A DNA stretch of 64,000 nucleotides, taken from assembly GCA_002633005.1 (NCBI GenBank), contig NMRA01000363.1, positions 308,935-372,934 of the forward strand. Reading direction: 5' to 3'. Under the pieces are notes generated by a model. That model was not told the origin of the DNA. It worked only from the letters and a program-made list of their open reading frames with translations, and searched no databases. Below are positions 47,148 to 60,250 of the stretch, one piece after another; within the stretch, counting starts at the first letter, position 1; the number at the start of each line of letters is the position of its first letter. A program made the translations under genes and the position numbers. The stretch is from Phoronis australis. Taxonomy: Eukaryota; Animalia; Phoronida.

Positions 47148-48096
47148 GTACGTCACATGGTGTGGCATCCCAAGTCGGATATTAAGTCATCCAGGCTTGA
47201 TATATCATCAACAATGAAACGTTTTGGTGACACTGAAAGTTCTCATGAAAGATTGAGTGGAAATGTCTCACCATATTGGTGTGATTTGCCATTTAGGGCA
47301 TTTGATTAAAAATATCGATGGACATACATTGTACAGTGTATGCAAATTTTTCAAAAGTGGATATGCTTCTGCATAGTATCTGAACTGCTTATTTGGGTAA
47401 CTATGAGGTAGTTGTATTTACATAAGCCATGTCACAGTCAGGTACCACTTTGCAAGTGACCTCTCTGTACTGTTCAACCGGAATCAGTAAAGCTCTTGTG
47501 AAACAATATAGATCCAGTTTGGTCAGAGCGAGTTTGACAATCGTCTTCAGGAGGTTATTGTTTCTGTGCAGGGTATGGTGTAGTCCAAATTGATAGAAAG
47601 TGCTCCCAAAATTTTTATAATACAGTCCTTAGGCTAGTTGTTTCATGTATAATGCAAGATCTATTAAGTGTACATGAGCAAAATGAACACCATTAAAAGG
47701 TGAATGGACATCTGTATAGAAATTTGTTTCACGAGAGCATACCTTTTCTGAAACACTATCTGTTCACTATTTTTGTTACATTTATTTGTTCGGTACAACG
47801 TCATTTTGACATTTTGGATCCAGTCATATAAAATTAATTGCCAAATTAAAAGTGATAATAATTAGGCCAGATTTGCGTAGTGCTGTAAATTACTAATCAC
47901 TTCAAAAGTTACTACTTAAGTAATGACGTACTCAATCTTGTAACCTTCTCAACTTCCCGGGAGCATGCAATGGGTGCAACTGTTGTCTGGGCATCTGATT
48001 AATCCAAACGCATAATTCTGTCAAATTATCGAGTGTAAATTTGGCCCTATCATTAAGTGAGTCGGAAAAAATCTAAAACCTGTAAAATGTTTGAAA

Positions 48097-48318
48097 ATGT
48101 GTTGCTACTATGCATTCCTGTTTCATAATAGTGGTAGATACATAGTCACTTAGTATCTGAGCAAGGCCATGTGTTGCTACTATGCATTCCTGTTTCATAA
48201 TAGTGGTAGATACATATAGTCACTTAATATCTGAGCAAGGCCATGTGTTGCTACTATGCATTCCTGTTTCATAATAGTGGTAGATACATAGTCACTTAAT
48301 ATCTGAGCAAGGCCATGT
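48097..48318. repeat. Three nearly identical tandem 72-74-bp units in a GLMP intron
   Basis: atgtgttgctactatgcattcctgtttcataatagtggtagatacatagtcactta(g/a)tatctgagcaaggcc x3. Confidence 0.93.
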
Positions 48319-48430
48319 TTCTCACCATGAATTACTCACACTTGACCAGGCTTATTGAATGCTCTTCTCACTTAAACAGCAGAATGAATGTCTCTCCCAT
48401 TAGAGTGATGGCAATTGTTTTCCATTTCAG

Positions 48431-48720
48431 ATTGTCAACTGGCGTTTGAATAATATCCAAAAATCGACGTACTCAGGCTACATGCAGTGGAAGCCTGTCT
48501 GTTACTTGAGTCGCGACAGAGGACGCAGTACAGCGACACGCACAAAGCATTACACTCTGACGAACAAGCCTGCCCGTGAGGTGGGTGCTATGGTGCCAGC
48601 GGGGAGTGTTGCGGTTGCATTCTTTGGAGATCAACTGTCTCACATGGTGATGAATGCTACCAATGTGTCGTTTGGATTATCACAGGATAAGTTCTACGTG
48701 GGTCATAACTACACAGTCTG
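48431..48720 (+). CDS. GLMP: GLMP exon 5
   Basis: IVNWRL...GYMQWKPVCY...NVSFGLSQDKFY...NYTVW|gtgagt (conserved QWKPV.Y). Confidence 0.96.
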
Positions 48721-48951
48721 GTGAGTTGCAATGAGTTCACATGCTTTGAAGATTCAACTAAAACAATGATGGCAGATTATTTGAGACGACGCATGACTAC
48801 GAGTAGCTTCTTTTGAAATGGAGAACAGCTTTACTTCAGTTTGTTATTGCTTTAGGTTCATCATGTTAACTGACTCAGCAATAATTTCTATGCACCAAGC
48901 ATAGTCTCACCTAGTAACAAACTTATTTTCAAGTTCACAAGTAAATTCTGT

Positions 48952-48992
48952 GTAGAGTTCAGTAACGCGGTCCTTTCGTTACTGAACTCTAC
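48952..48992. repeat. 16-bp-stem hairpin, joined TIRs of MITE family A
   Basis: gtagagttcagtaacg-cggtccttt-cgttactgaactctac; same terminus as 55078/59503. Confidence 0.75.
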
Positions 48993-49910
48993 CTTGATTT
49001 GTGGTTAAGGTATCCAGTTTGGGACAGCCTCTAACATCTGGGACACTGAAGTTCAAGCACTTGGGCACTTTTGGCCATTGTCACATTTCCCAGATATCAA
49101 ACTCTACGTTTTGTTTCAACAAAGTCTGGGAAAAAAGTGTTGCAATTGCCACCAACACAGCAGAATTCAGAATTTGTATTGTCTCATAATTCTTGAATTT
49201 GGAATGGTCATGATACACATTTTTAAAATTTGGTGCAAGCTCTGACCTAGCTGAATTTTTATGTACCAAACGAGAGAATTTACTGTAAATAAGGCAAGTT
49301 TATTGGACTTTCAATTTGGAATGCTGTAACCTCTCAAAAAATGTCCATTTTGAGACAAAGATTTTTGAAGAAAAAAACATTTCCATATGTTATTAAAGTA
49401 TGCCTGAGCTATTAATGGCCTGTTTTGTTTTAAAACTATTGACTATTGATTTCTAGTAAAATGACCCAAAAGAACTTAGCTGTGCAGTGTAGTACATATA
49501 CGCTTGACAAAATGATGACAGTACTTTGCTAAGTTTGAAGATGATTTGTCTAATATACAGTGCAAATGGGTCTAGTAATTCAGCAGGTTTTTGGGTACCG
49601 GTCCTGAATCTAGAAAATCCCATCAACGTTTCTAGCACTCTTGTTACGATAACCATTTTTTATTAGTTGGTAACTCAAAGGTAAATCAGACGTATCAAAA
49701 AATCTTGAATTTGTTTGTTGGAGCAGTCTCTTTTTCTTAATTTGAATTTCATGCTTGGAAAACTTTGTCTCTTGGTAATTATTGATTAGCAACTTTGAAT
49801 AAGATTAGTGGTCAGTAATCAAGTTATCTTTAGAGAATTCCATCACCAATCACAACGTGTTTTCTTACCAATTGGTTACCAAAGTATACAAAACCCATGA
49901 CCTTTGTGTA

Positions 49911-50132
49911 TAGCAGACATCTTTATTTAAGTGCACTTGAATGTATCTCATTGGCTGCACTTGATTGATTTCGCCGGTTTTGCTTGTTCACCTAGCCAAG
50001 ACGTCTCAATGACCAATTCCAGCTTATAGCCCAATCAAATGTCTTATCTGGACGACTTGACGGAACCGAGGAAGTCAGTCAAGTGCAGCCAGTGAGATAC
50101 ACCCAAGTGCACTTAAATAAAGATGTCTGCTA
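49911..50132. mobile_element. Foldback-like MITE with about 65-bp TIRs
   Basis: tagcagacatctttatttaagtgcacttg...ggctgcacttga / tcaagtgcagcc...caagtgcacttaaataaagatgtctgcta. Confidence 0.8.
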
Positions 50133-50312
50133 CACTGCTAGGGAGGTTACGCTGTCGTATTGTGGAAACTTGAATAATGTACGTCCAATAAACTTGGATG
50201 CATCTTTCATTCATCAGTCGAGTAGTTTTTTTTTGCTTTGTTATTGAAGCTTGATGTGTCTATGGTTGTATACTGGTGGTGTATCTGACGAGGCTTTTTT
50301 ATGTCCCTGTAG

Positions 50313-50481
50313 GTCTGTCTCGCTAGGTTACGGCACCATCCCCGTTGACGGTCTGTCGCTGTTGGTCATCGTCATCATTGTCGCCGGTCTTGGACTTCCA
50401 GTCATACTGATGGTAGTGGGTGGTATATTCCTGGCTCTACGTCGACGGAATGTTAGGTCCCAGTATCAGGCTATACAGTGA
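50313..50481 (+). CDS. GLMP: GLMP terminal exon (TM helix and YxxPhi lysosomal sorting signal)
   Basis: SVSLGYGTIPVDGLSLLVIVIIVAGLGLPVILMVVGGIFLALRRRNVRSQYQAIQ*. Confidence 0.96.
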
Positions 50482-53455
50482 TGTGATTGGATGGCATTTC
50501 TCTGGCTTGTTGCTTGAAGAGCTTATGGCCAAAGGTTGATTTTTTCTCTTTGGGCTTTAGCTTTTAATCTGTTCCCAAGCAGGCTACGGATTTCAAATTA
50601 AATCAGTGTTTGGCCGCAGCAAGATTAAAAACTGGACGATCGCTTCACAAATAAAAAAGTTCAATCAATGTTTCTTCTATCAGGAATTACTGTACATTAA
50701 AGAGTCATTGGCCATTCAGAATCAGCATGCTTCTGATTCTCTGAATAACATGCAGAGCTCAGTGACCCTGCAACTATGGTGATGACCAGCTACTGATTAT
50801 ATTCCCCGTATCTCTCACTTCATTTTATGGATGTTACCTGAGCTGTATGTTGACACTTGCTGTCCTACGGATTTCTATCTTTTAAATTCAAGACGCATAT
50901 GAGACTTTCTAATTTCGTGAAACAGCTTAGGCCATATGGTGATTTTTAGCCAAGAGACTTCAAGCAACAACCCCCTGGTCATAGTGCTACCAATGGCTGG
51001 TATCCGTGATGTCATAGGCAACTCACATTAACCGCCATTTGCAGTACAAGTGTACAAAACACTTTCCGATGCCTCCTTTCCTGGATATTGCTGTTTCTAT
51101 AAATATCAACATTCATTTAGTATGTAATCTATGTGTTTTTCGTCAAATTTTTAATTCCGTTGTTTGTACAGGAAAGCGGTAATGCCAAAGGCTTATTTTC
51201 ACGACATTTTTTCTGAAAAAGCGTAAAATATTTAAAGTAATTTTTGGCTTTTGGCCTCACACAAAATGACGCTCCTTGAGTTTTATACACTTGAGAAAAT
51301 GACATTAGACGTGAATACCCCTCAGGCCATCACATACTGTTGGACTTTTTAGTTGTGAGGTTTTCTTGATAATGTGATTGTAGTAATTCAGATGTCAGTG
51401 GTTCATTTGAATATTTTTAGTACCAAGAATTTCCGAAAAAGTGCTCTGGTTGCTCTTTGCAAACAATGATTTCTTGAAGTCACTTCTTTTGGTTGTCCTG
51501 TTGACGCCACCTGATATCTTTTATCTTTGAAATGTCCTGGTCTTGTATTTGGTACACCTTTTTTACATTTTGTTATGTACTACTCTCTCTCAAACCATTC
51601 AAAGTACACATAAGTGGGTTACAAAGGAAACACTGGATCTCTAAAAAGTTCAGAGAAGAGAGTTAATCAAGTTGGGATACAGTATGAGAGAAAAATTCAC
51701 AACAAAAATGTCGGAAAATTGTACTCATTGGCTTGCCTGAACTGCTCTGTGTATTATTGTCACCAGAGGATGTTCTTATATACAGAGTTCTGTGTAACAA
51801 AAATTCCAAGCATAGGTAGTTTTGCATGAAGTTGGAATAAGAGTTTTGATGTTTTATATTTCACTTGGTACCTACCTCGTACATCATGAGATGTTTCATA
51901 ATGAGAAATTCTAAGAACACATAGTGTGTGACAGCTGGAGGACATGGATGAATGGTTTTCATGTACACCCAGTGCCACTGTGGTCATATTGTATGAATGA
52001 GGTATTTGTGTGTGAGCTTGAGTGAAGGTTTTGATTTGTGCATAGTCTGAGTTATTTATTAAAAAAGCTTTGTGGGTCAGTCAATATTGCCTGGATGTGA
52101 AGTCTAATCTTTGTACATGAAAAGAAAAACAGAAATTTACCAATGGCATGGCATGCTTCAAGTAAAGGTTACAAATTTTTGTTAGAGTTATGCCTGGTGA
52201 TGGTTAGCAATTTTCGAGTATGAGCCGAGTCTTTGGTTCGAAGTATAAACCCACGGCACTGCACTAATTAATCACCTGCTGTAGATGTGTTCAGCACATG
52301 TGGCAAGTGAACGTGTATTATCTCATACATGTTGAATCAGTGAGTACACATGGGCTGAGCACCATAGGGGCTGGGGGCTATAGCCTCCGCTTTTTTCAGT
52401 GCTGTGCCGTCCATTGTCTATGGGCGATGCACCACAGTCGCAGCAGTATACATGTAAATAATACTCAACTTGCAATGAGGTCCCAAACGTAAAATCTGGA
52501 AAAAGGCTGTTAATTTTATGACAGTTCTGTCTCAGCTTTCAATTGCTAAATATATCGTCTGCAACTCAGGCGCCGATTCCTCGATACCTACACTATCAAA
52601 TCTTGTTGTTATTTAACTATTTTCAGGAAATGTTACAAGTTCAGTGCACAGTTACCATTGTTTTCATCTTTGTTATCTCTTTTCAAGTAATAGATCGTTG
52701 CATTCTGAAACTTCAAGGAATTTACCTGTCGGTTTGTGTTCCATTTGATGAATCGACCGATTGCTATTTATGGCCAGTGAGGATCTTACAGTGTACTAAG
52801 ATCTCGGAACTAGGACTCTTTTAAAGACTAGAACGTGAAGCAGTCAGCCGCGTAATCCGGAGTATAAATTAGTAACTTCACTCGAAGCGCGCCATGCCAT
52901 ATGGTAAATTTTTGAGTGAGTTACGAGTACGAATCTGGGAACACGGATTTCAAGTTTAGCGCCGCGTGATTCTCGCAAAATTTAAGTTTACTCGAAATCG
53001 ACTATTGTTGATTTTTAGTTTCTAGTTACGAGGACAGATTAGACACGGATCCCTGGTAAAATAATGCTGTGGCTGGTTGCATGAAACAGTCCCAAACAGG
53101 GACTCAAATAAGGTCCCAAAGCCTTTTGCGTATTTTTGTCTTTACGTACTCACAGATGCAACATTTTTCTATCATTTCATTTTTATTATGAGCTCCTCTT
53201 TGATTAATGATGTTTTGTAATAATTGAACTAAAAACTGAGCTCAGAGTTCATTGAAAATAAATAGGGACTCAGTCCTTCAATTGGGGGTGTTATTTTTGA
53301 ATTTCTGTACAAGGAATGACATTTTTACTCGGTCCAGTTATTGCTTGATAACAAACACATGACGAAATGCAATTATCACCAACACTGGCATACATTAGTA
53401 TACTTTCCTTGAGCAAGGCGGAGGATGTAGTGATTATCTCCCTCAGCGTCGTAGG

Positions 53456-53619
53456 CCTGCCTCCCGTTCAGTAACGCTAGGACCTCGCTAAAAAGCAAGA
53501 CTTCGCGAGATTACGTGAGATATTGCCGTGTATTTTAAATGCGAACACGTGACTTTGACTAGGTTTTAGCTAGGTCCTAGCGTAGGTCCTAGCGTCTACT
53601 GAACGCCGCGCACGCCTGG
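53456..53619 (+). mobile_element. MITE family A, intact copy
   Basis: Inverted ends gttcagta-acgctaggacct / aggtcctagcgtctactgaac; serves as the uninterrupted reference for the split copy at 55078-59503. Confidence 0.75.
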
Positions 53620-54207
53620 TTAAAGTTGTCGCCATTCCAAATTTTTTAAAAAAGATCTTTGCCCAGCTCTTGGGAAACCAAAACTGTGTTAACATGTATA
53701 TTAACGACATGGACTATCTCTCGGAAATTCCTGAAGTTAGAATTTCCCGAATATCCGTGCATTTTGATTTGGGACTCGGATGATGTCCTGATGCAAAATA
53801 CATGTATGTTATGTTTAATAATGAAATAAGAAAAAAACTTTGCTAAAGAAACCACACGTGTTTCTGTTGTTTTTTACGCACACGGCTTGTTTCCTAATTT
53901 GGAATCTTAAAACTTGATAACCGTGATAAGCTACAGAAAGCATCCAAGGGCAAATGATGCTTTCTCAGATTTCAATGTTAATTTTGTTTTGGTGTATAAG
54001 CTTATTCGTTGCTGGATCACTGAAGTGACTGGGAAGTCTTAAGATAACAAAAATTCGTTGAAGGCTATTTCAAAATAAAAAATAGTCGGGCTATAAACAT
54101 ATTTTTGTGTCGGAACATCTGCCTGCCCTCACACATACAGGGCTTCTCGGCCTACTTAGCTGATACAACCGTTCCGCTGAAACTTGTCGCCGTAGTCGGC
54201 AGAATAG

Positions 54208-54813
54208 TATGATGGGCCGTTGGGGGGAAAGTGTCGCCGGAAAAATACGAGCATAATCGTGTACATTACGCCGTTATTTACGCCGTTAATTACGCCGTAC
54301 AATTACGAGCGTAATTTAATTCTTTACGGCGTAAAATTACGCTCGTAATTTAGTTTAAACTCTTAGCCAATGACGTTGGGTTTTACAATCCACGATCGCG
54401 CGCGCTCATGGAAATACTTATTTATTGACGGATTTCATGTCTACGATGCGAGCGCTAAATCATGGCGGATCAAATCGTTGCTGCCATGTCAGCGAATGTG
54501 CAAGAACGAGCTGCCCAGCAACAGTCGTGTATGTTAGGTCATCACTGATTGGTTTAAATTTGGAACGTTCTTAAGGTAGTTTACGAGCGTAATTTACGGC
54601 GACATTTCCCCCATTTAATTTACGGGCGTAATTTTACTGCAACACTTTTGCAATTTAACTTACGCTGCTAATTACGAGCGTAATTTTACGGCGAAACTTT
54701 TCCCCATTTAATGTACGAGCATAATTGTTCGGCGACACTCCTGCAATTTAATTTAAGCTCGTAATTACAAGCGTAATTTTACGGCGACACTTTCCCCTCA
54801 ACGGCCCACCATA
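54208..54813. mobile_element. Non-autonomous TIR element with internal palindromic TTACG-NN-CGTAA repeats
   Basis: About 32-bp TIR tatgatgggccgttggggggaaagtgtcgccg / cggcgacactttcccctcaacggcccaccata; superfamily unresolved. Confidence 0.78.
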
Positions 54814-56094
54814 GAATGGACTGTTTACTTAATAAAGCGGATTTTAACACGTAACGCGAAGAAGCTTAGTCTATCCTTATTGCCAAATGACGGCAGTACT
54901 TTTTATGTGACACCGGACTTTTAAAAACATTTTGATTTGTGCTGGTGAATCAAGAAAATTGCCGCCAATTGTGAATAGCATTGTACTTTATATGAATTTT
55001 AATGAGGCAATGAAACTTTCGCCTTTTGTGATAAAATTCCCTCTAATTTAAGCCAGTTACTCCTTTAAAGTTGCTCTGGGTAGATTTCAATAACACTAGT
55101 ACCTCGCTAAAACGCAAGAGTTCGCGAGATTGCGTGATATAATAGATTTCGCAAAGCGACGTCAACTTGAATTATTACGCACACATAATTCCGGCGCGTC
55201 ATACATGCCATTGTTGGCTGTGACGTAATCCCGTTAGTCTACGCATTTTACGCCAATAAAACGTATTCACGTAGTCGCCATTTTAGTATTCAGCCTATTT
55301 TTAAGTTAAAAAAACAATGCATTTGGGACATAAATATAACGAGGCAAGCAAAAAATCACGCTTTGCGCTGCATTTAAGCGCAGAATGCAACCGAAAAACA
55401 GGCTTATTTTTACAATGGCGACTGCTTGAATGCAGTGTATACAGGGAGATTCGCGTCGTGTTAAACGTAAAACCTGTGGTCCCCTTTTAATTCTTATTTG
55501 GAAAGACGTTGAAACGATTTTTATTTTGATAGGGTTCTCAATCTTTCATCTTTATTTCAGTGTAAAATGAACACGATTGTTCTTAAAGTCTAGCAGAAGA
55601 AAGGGCTTTTTCCAAGGTCCTTATTCTGCCGTCGTTCGCTGGATTTCATCGAACTAGAATGGATTTTTAACAGATATGATTTTGTGTTCATTGTTAACTT
55701 TTTACATACATCTGTTTATTTTAAACTGCAAATAAATTATGTAATATAAGAGGTGCCCATTTTTTCACGAGTTTGTACATATAGAAACAACTTTTTTCAC
55801 ATTCAACATCTATTCCCATTTTGCTTGCCTGTAGTAAAAGTATTAAACGAAACATGTTTCATTGAAGATTTTGTAAAACGTACGTGTACCGATTGTCCAT
55901 GTAAGCAATACAATAATCAAGTCATATGAGATGTAACCGCCTCGCCATTTACTAACCTTACAGCTAAAATGTAGACTTCTAGAAAAAATGAACAACAATT
56001 ACACAGTCAACTGTTTTGGGAAGCTTTTATCCTTTTGTTTTATTGTTTCATTTATTTTTTGTGCTCGTCTTTTACGGCTTCAAAACATGGAAAT

Positions 56095-56750
56095 TGGCTA
56101 AATATTGTTCGAGCCACGGCGGGGATAGGCCAAAAAACCTAGATGTTTGATTTCCATTTTTCAAGTGTGACACTTTGACATAATGGCGCCGACAACATGA
56201 TATTTCGCAACACGCTGGAGGAAAAATTTAAGTTCTTGAAATCGAGAAAGGCGAAGTATTTCAAGATCTTCTGTAACTCCCATTTCACGCACTCCCGAAC
56301 TGATAACATTCTGTGATTGAATTGCTGCTGATCATCGTCCACGCTGGATCTTTTAAATGGACCAGGGCTTAGATTTTTCCTCTTTTAAGGGTATTTCCTC
56401 TTTTTTGGTTTCGATTTCCTCTTATTTGATTTCCATGTTCCTCTTATTTCGTTTTTTTATCATTATTTTTAATTTTTTATGCAAAAACGTTTATTTCAGT
56501 TAAATTTTACAACACAAAAAATATTTCTAACACACAAGCCTATTAATTTGTGGAACGATACATTACGTGAAAAACTTTCCTCTTTTCGTCATTGGCTATT
56601 CCAAGCCCTAATGGACTGACAGGAGACTTTCGCATTGGGTAAGCAGGATTCCCATCAAATGCGAATGCTTGCCCACTTTGGTGTCTTTGTATATTGCCGA
56701 GTTCGTCCAATAACAACCTTTCATTGACGAGAGCGCAATCAGTATTGATG
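56095..56750 (-). pseudogene. Harbinger DDE transposase remnant (C-terminal part)
   Basis: ...AFAFDGNPAYPMRKSPVSP|FKRSSVDDDQQQFNHRMLSVRECVKWELQKILKYFAFLDFKNL, then frameshifted KYHVVGAIMSKCHT...GNQTSRFFGLSPPWLEQYL; matches the 'GD.AYP...PF...FN..MS.VR..VEW.F' pattern; interrupted by a MITE. Confidence 0.8.
56363..56609. mobile_element. hAT-like MITE inserted in the Harbinger transposase
   Basis: aatggac|CAGGGCTT ... AAGCCCT|aatggac; internal TTTCCTCTT repeats; removing it restores the ...SPFKR... frame. Confidence 0.75.
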
Positions 56751-57137
56751 TATCTTATAGGGCACGTGAAGACAGAGCCCGTGCAATGTGCTCAGCATTT
56801 CGAATGGAAAATCCGAAATCCCTGAAAGGATGAGTTTCTAGCTTGATCTTGAACACGAAAAATCATTGTAATAAAAGATAATTATTGTAAAGTGTCCCAG
56901 TGTGCTTGAAATGTAGCAAACCAACATTTTGTTTGCTTCCAGATAGCAAGCGTCCTATTTTATGCTCCGTATTTGCTTGCTACCAATACATTAAAGTACT
57001 GCGTTGTTTGGAACACCCTTTGTAATGTGAAGGTTAGGCACAATCGATTTTAAGCAACAAACAACTTCACTGCAGGTTTAATTTGTTTTAGGACTAATGC
57101 TTATCGAGCACATGGTTCAAGGATTAATTCGTTACAG

Positions 57138-57292
57138 ATCTGGAAATGATGAAGACTATGATGAGCGTAAAGGTTTAGTAACAGAAATAGGCGAGTTGGT
57201 GAAAGAGGCTGACAAAGAATCTGAAAAAGAAAAACTTAAAACAGAAAGTCAATGACAAGATATCAGAAGAATTGCTACGGCTTCATTAGGCA
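57138..57292 (+). pseudogene. Remnant of the second (Myb/SANT-type) Harbinger gene
   Basis: ttacag|SGNDEDYDERKGLVTEIGELVKEADKESEKEKLKTESQ*QDIRRIATASLG resembles the 'SG..E.Y.E...LL.EI......IR..A...LG' segment of such proteins; in-frame stop. Confidence 0.55.
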
Positions 57293-57952
57293 ATAGAGAT
57301 GCAGATTCGTCGAGTAAGCGTATTTAAATTGACATCATTACAAAGCCAGTTTGATTGGGAAACTGGATTTAAGGCTCTTCTCGCTTGCTTTGTTGAGTAA
57401 GATTGCATACTAAATAGGCTATACCTGACCTGAAAGACAACATTCTTCAAAATATGAATACGACTTCCAACATCTTATTCTGCTCGAAAAAAAATTTGTT
57501 TGCAAAACGTGACTTCCTTCTGCGCGATAATCGTATGCTCTGTTTCGGTGCCGCGGTTCCTACTTTTGTTTTGGTGAAGGGTTAACACTATTTTTTCATT
57601 CTTAGCTAGCAATGTCGCTTCCAAAAAACGATGTGCGATCTCAACTTTCTCAAAAAACATGACACAGAGCTGGATATACTAGAGTAAGAGATAAAACTGC
57701 TTCGCAAAATTAACTAAAAATTTGACTAAATTGAATTGACTGATTTGTGTTATTTATTTACCTAAACATCATTCAACAAAGAATGGACTCACCGGAGACA
57801 GCCCAAGAGTTGTTATCTCTGCGGCGAAGGATGTTAAAGTTGAGTCTCCGATGAGTTGCCAGCAGTCACTGGTACGGTGCGCGGCTTTAGACGCTCTGCG
57901 GCTGGGTAAAAGATCTTTTATAGGCCTAACTATCCCCAATTCCCGTACCAGG

Positions 57953-59069
57953 CACAGGCGCTTGGGTTTATCGCAAATGACGTCACTCAATAATATATAT
58001 AAGAAAACATAAAGGTTGGACACTTAAACTTTGCCAAGCCGAGGCTCCCAACTTCAACCGTCCAAAATCCAAATAAAATCTGCGTGCACCTCCCTCAGTC
58101 TGGTGTTGCATAAACCTTCGAAGCCTTATCTTTCCTAGATCCCATTAACTGTATTCGTGAGAGGTGAATTGGCGATGGAATTTCTAAAACAATCTCAAAA
58201 CTCTGAATTCAAGGACCTGAAATAGTAAACATGGCGGATTTCAGTTGTGCTTCAACTTGTACGCCTGTCGTAGGTGAAACTTCGAGTTTGAGCAGGCAAC
58301 CTATATTTCAAATTCAATAATTCTAATCCAAAACTCAACTAATTGAGAATGTTAAAGTTAGTATTTTAATGATTATTTGTAACTTTATTCCACTGACGGC
58401 TCATTTTAGCCCTTAACTTAAAATTTTATTTCATAAACTGGCGTATCTTGTTTCTCATTTTGAAATCACGCACTTTTTTGATTGAAGCACAACACACACT
58501 CGGCCAGGAAACGCAGTCCGTGCAAGTATTACAATGCGCGTGGCCGACGAGTTAACTCAATGGTTTTGGCCAAAAGTAAAACCTTCATAAGAAATCACAG
58601 TACACAAAAAACTTCGCATATCAATACAGTATCAGGATAATTTATATTTGACACAAATATGTGAGTAATTACATTTATTTGGCAATAAAGTGCTCTCTGC
58701 TTCTCATGATCAAGTAGTCGAGGGATTGACGATGAAAGCCGCGCGAAATTAGACTTTCGGATTTAGCTCGGGAGCGTCCGTCAAAAACCCGGATGTGCGA
58801 AGACCGTCTGCCATGACATCACGGAATCACTTCCTTGAATTTGTGATTTTGGCATTCTTTTGGCATTTTTGTCGCCAAATCACCACTCGAAGGCAATTTG
58901 AAGAGATCAAATGAAAGAAGGTATTCTAAGAGTTGTCCGATGCTAGTTTCGTGGAGTTCTATGCACATTTGAGTAGAAAATTCTGAGCAAACAGATTTCG
59001 AGTGTCCAACCTTTATGTTTTCTTATATATTATGAGTGACGTCATTTGCGATAAACCCAAGCGCCTGTG
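57953..59069. mobile_element. Non-autonomous P-element-like transposon (1117 bp)
   Basis: GTACCAGG|CACAGGCGCTTGGGTTTATCGCAAATGACGTCACTCA... about 70-bp TIRs ...CGCCTGTG|GTACCAGG; perfect 8-bp TSD. Confidence 0.85.
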
Positions 59070-60149
59070 GTACCAGGATGAATTTCAAAAATAACTTGAC
59101 TTGGCTGCGTCAGATGTGATATGCGACGTTGATGTTGAAATTGCGCCATATTTTTTATGTTGATTTCCTTTGTTGGTTTATAATTCATATGAGCATGAAA
59201 AGATAAGAAGTTGCATTCGCAGAGTGATTTTTAAGTAGTTTGTAATCTAACGAATATCTACTACGATAACTGGACACCCTGAGCTCAGTTTTTCGGTTTA
59301 CGTTTACTTTCACGTTCACGTAAAAATTTAGCTATTGCAAAACCCATTTTTCTTACTGTAACGTGAATCGGCACGCGCAGTAATATATGCGTGATAATTC
59401 ACGTTCACGTCACTTTACGAAACCCCCATATTGCTGAGTATTTTAAATGAGAACACGCGATTTTGGCTCGATTTTAGCGTCCTAGCGTTATTGAACTCTA
59501 CCCTTGTCTTGATCTTCACTTAAATTGAAAAAGATTTCTAGGCTTGAGACGAACAGGTGGATATTGATTGAGACCATTCCATAGAGTTGGTGGTCACTGC
59601 GGATTAGTTTCAATCAGCAACGCAGAATGACCATCACTAGCCAGGCACTTGGTTAAGACTAGCGTCGAAAAGCCTAGTTATTCAGTTTTGTACCAAAGCT
59701 AGGTCGTCTTCTTCAATGTGATATATATATTTATTGAAGAATGAATAGATCATACAAGGAAAATAATGGCAAATCCTGAAATCGCGAAGCCTTATATCTG
59801 GGCTAGGTCGTCAGGAGAATTATTTGTTTTTATTGTCTGATTTGATTTTAAATTAAAGATAATGACTCGTTGACGTTGATTTGGAATGAAGGTCAAATAC
59901 GGTTGAATAAAAATGTTTTTAGGTGAACACCGGTGCTTTCAACATATTGCCTGAACTAATGCTTTCAACATTTGATGAATAACTGTGCCATGGTATCAGT
60001 ATCTGCGTTCTTATGTTTGACATAACGCGACGTAAGAATGACATGGCGTTGTTTGGTAATCCTACCGCGAACGTGCTCTGAAGGATACGTCTGCAATGCC
60101 AGTGATCATACCGCACGCAGTTTCCAATTTCTATTTGTCGTCTTGTAAC

Positions 60150-60250
60150 TATATAAATCATAAGAATAGAGAATGTATTATTTGAATTTAAATCAACTGG
60201 GTGAGCTATGATGTATTTACCTGAGCTATATTTGTTTTTTACAATTGCAG
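60150..60250 (+). promoter_or_regulatory. Putative TATA box and non-coding first exon of the repeat-protein gene
   Basis: TATATAAA at 60150-60157; strong donor CAG|GTAAG at 60250/60251; acceptor tttttgtag ends at 60618, directly before the ATG. Confidence 0.4.

Larger units (their letters stand above)
55142..59427. mobile_element. Degenerate PIF/Harbinger transposon
   Basis: About 45-bp imperfect TIRs (tttcg[c/t]aaag[c/t]gacgt[c/g]aac[t/g]tgaattat[t/c]acgca), 3-bp ATA duplication, and remnants of both Harbinger genes. Confidence 0.82.
55078..59503. mobile_element. MITE family A split by a 4.3-kb insertion (arms 55078-55141 and 59428-59503)
   Basis: GGGTAGATTTCAATAACACTAG ... CTAGCGTTATTGAACTCTACCC; the rejoined arms reproduce the intact copy at 53456. 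Confidence 0.8.

Noticed and set aside
57953-57990. RSS-like Transib/ProtoRAG terminus (CACAG...)
   Set aside because: The heptamer is CACAGGC, not CACAGTG, no nonamer sits at 12/23 spacing, and the TSD is 8 bp instead of 5 bp.
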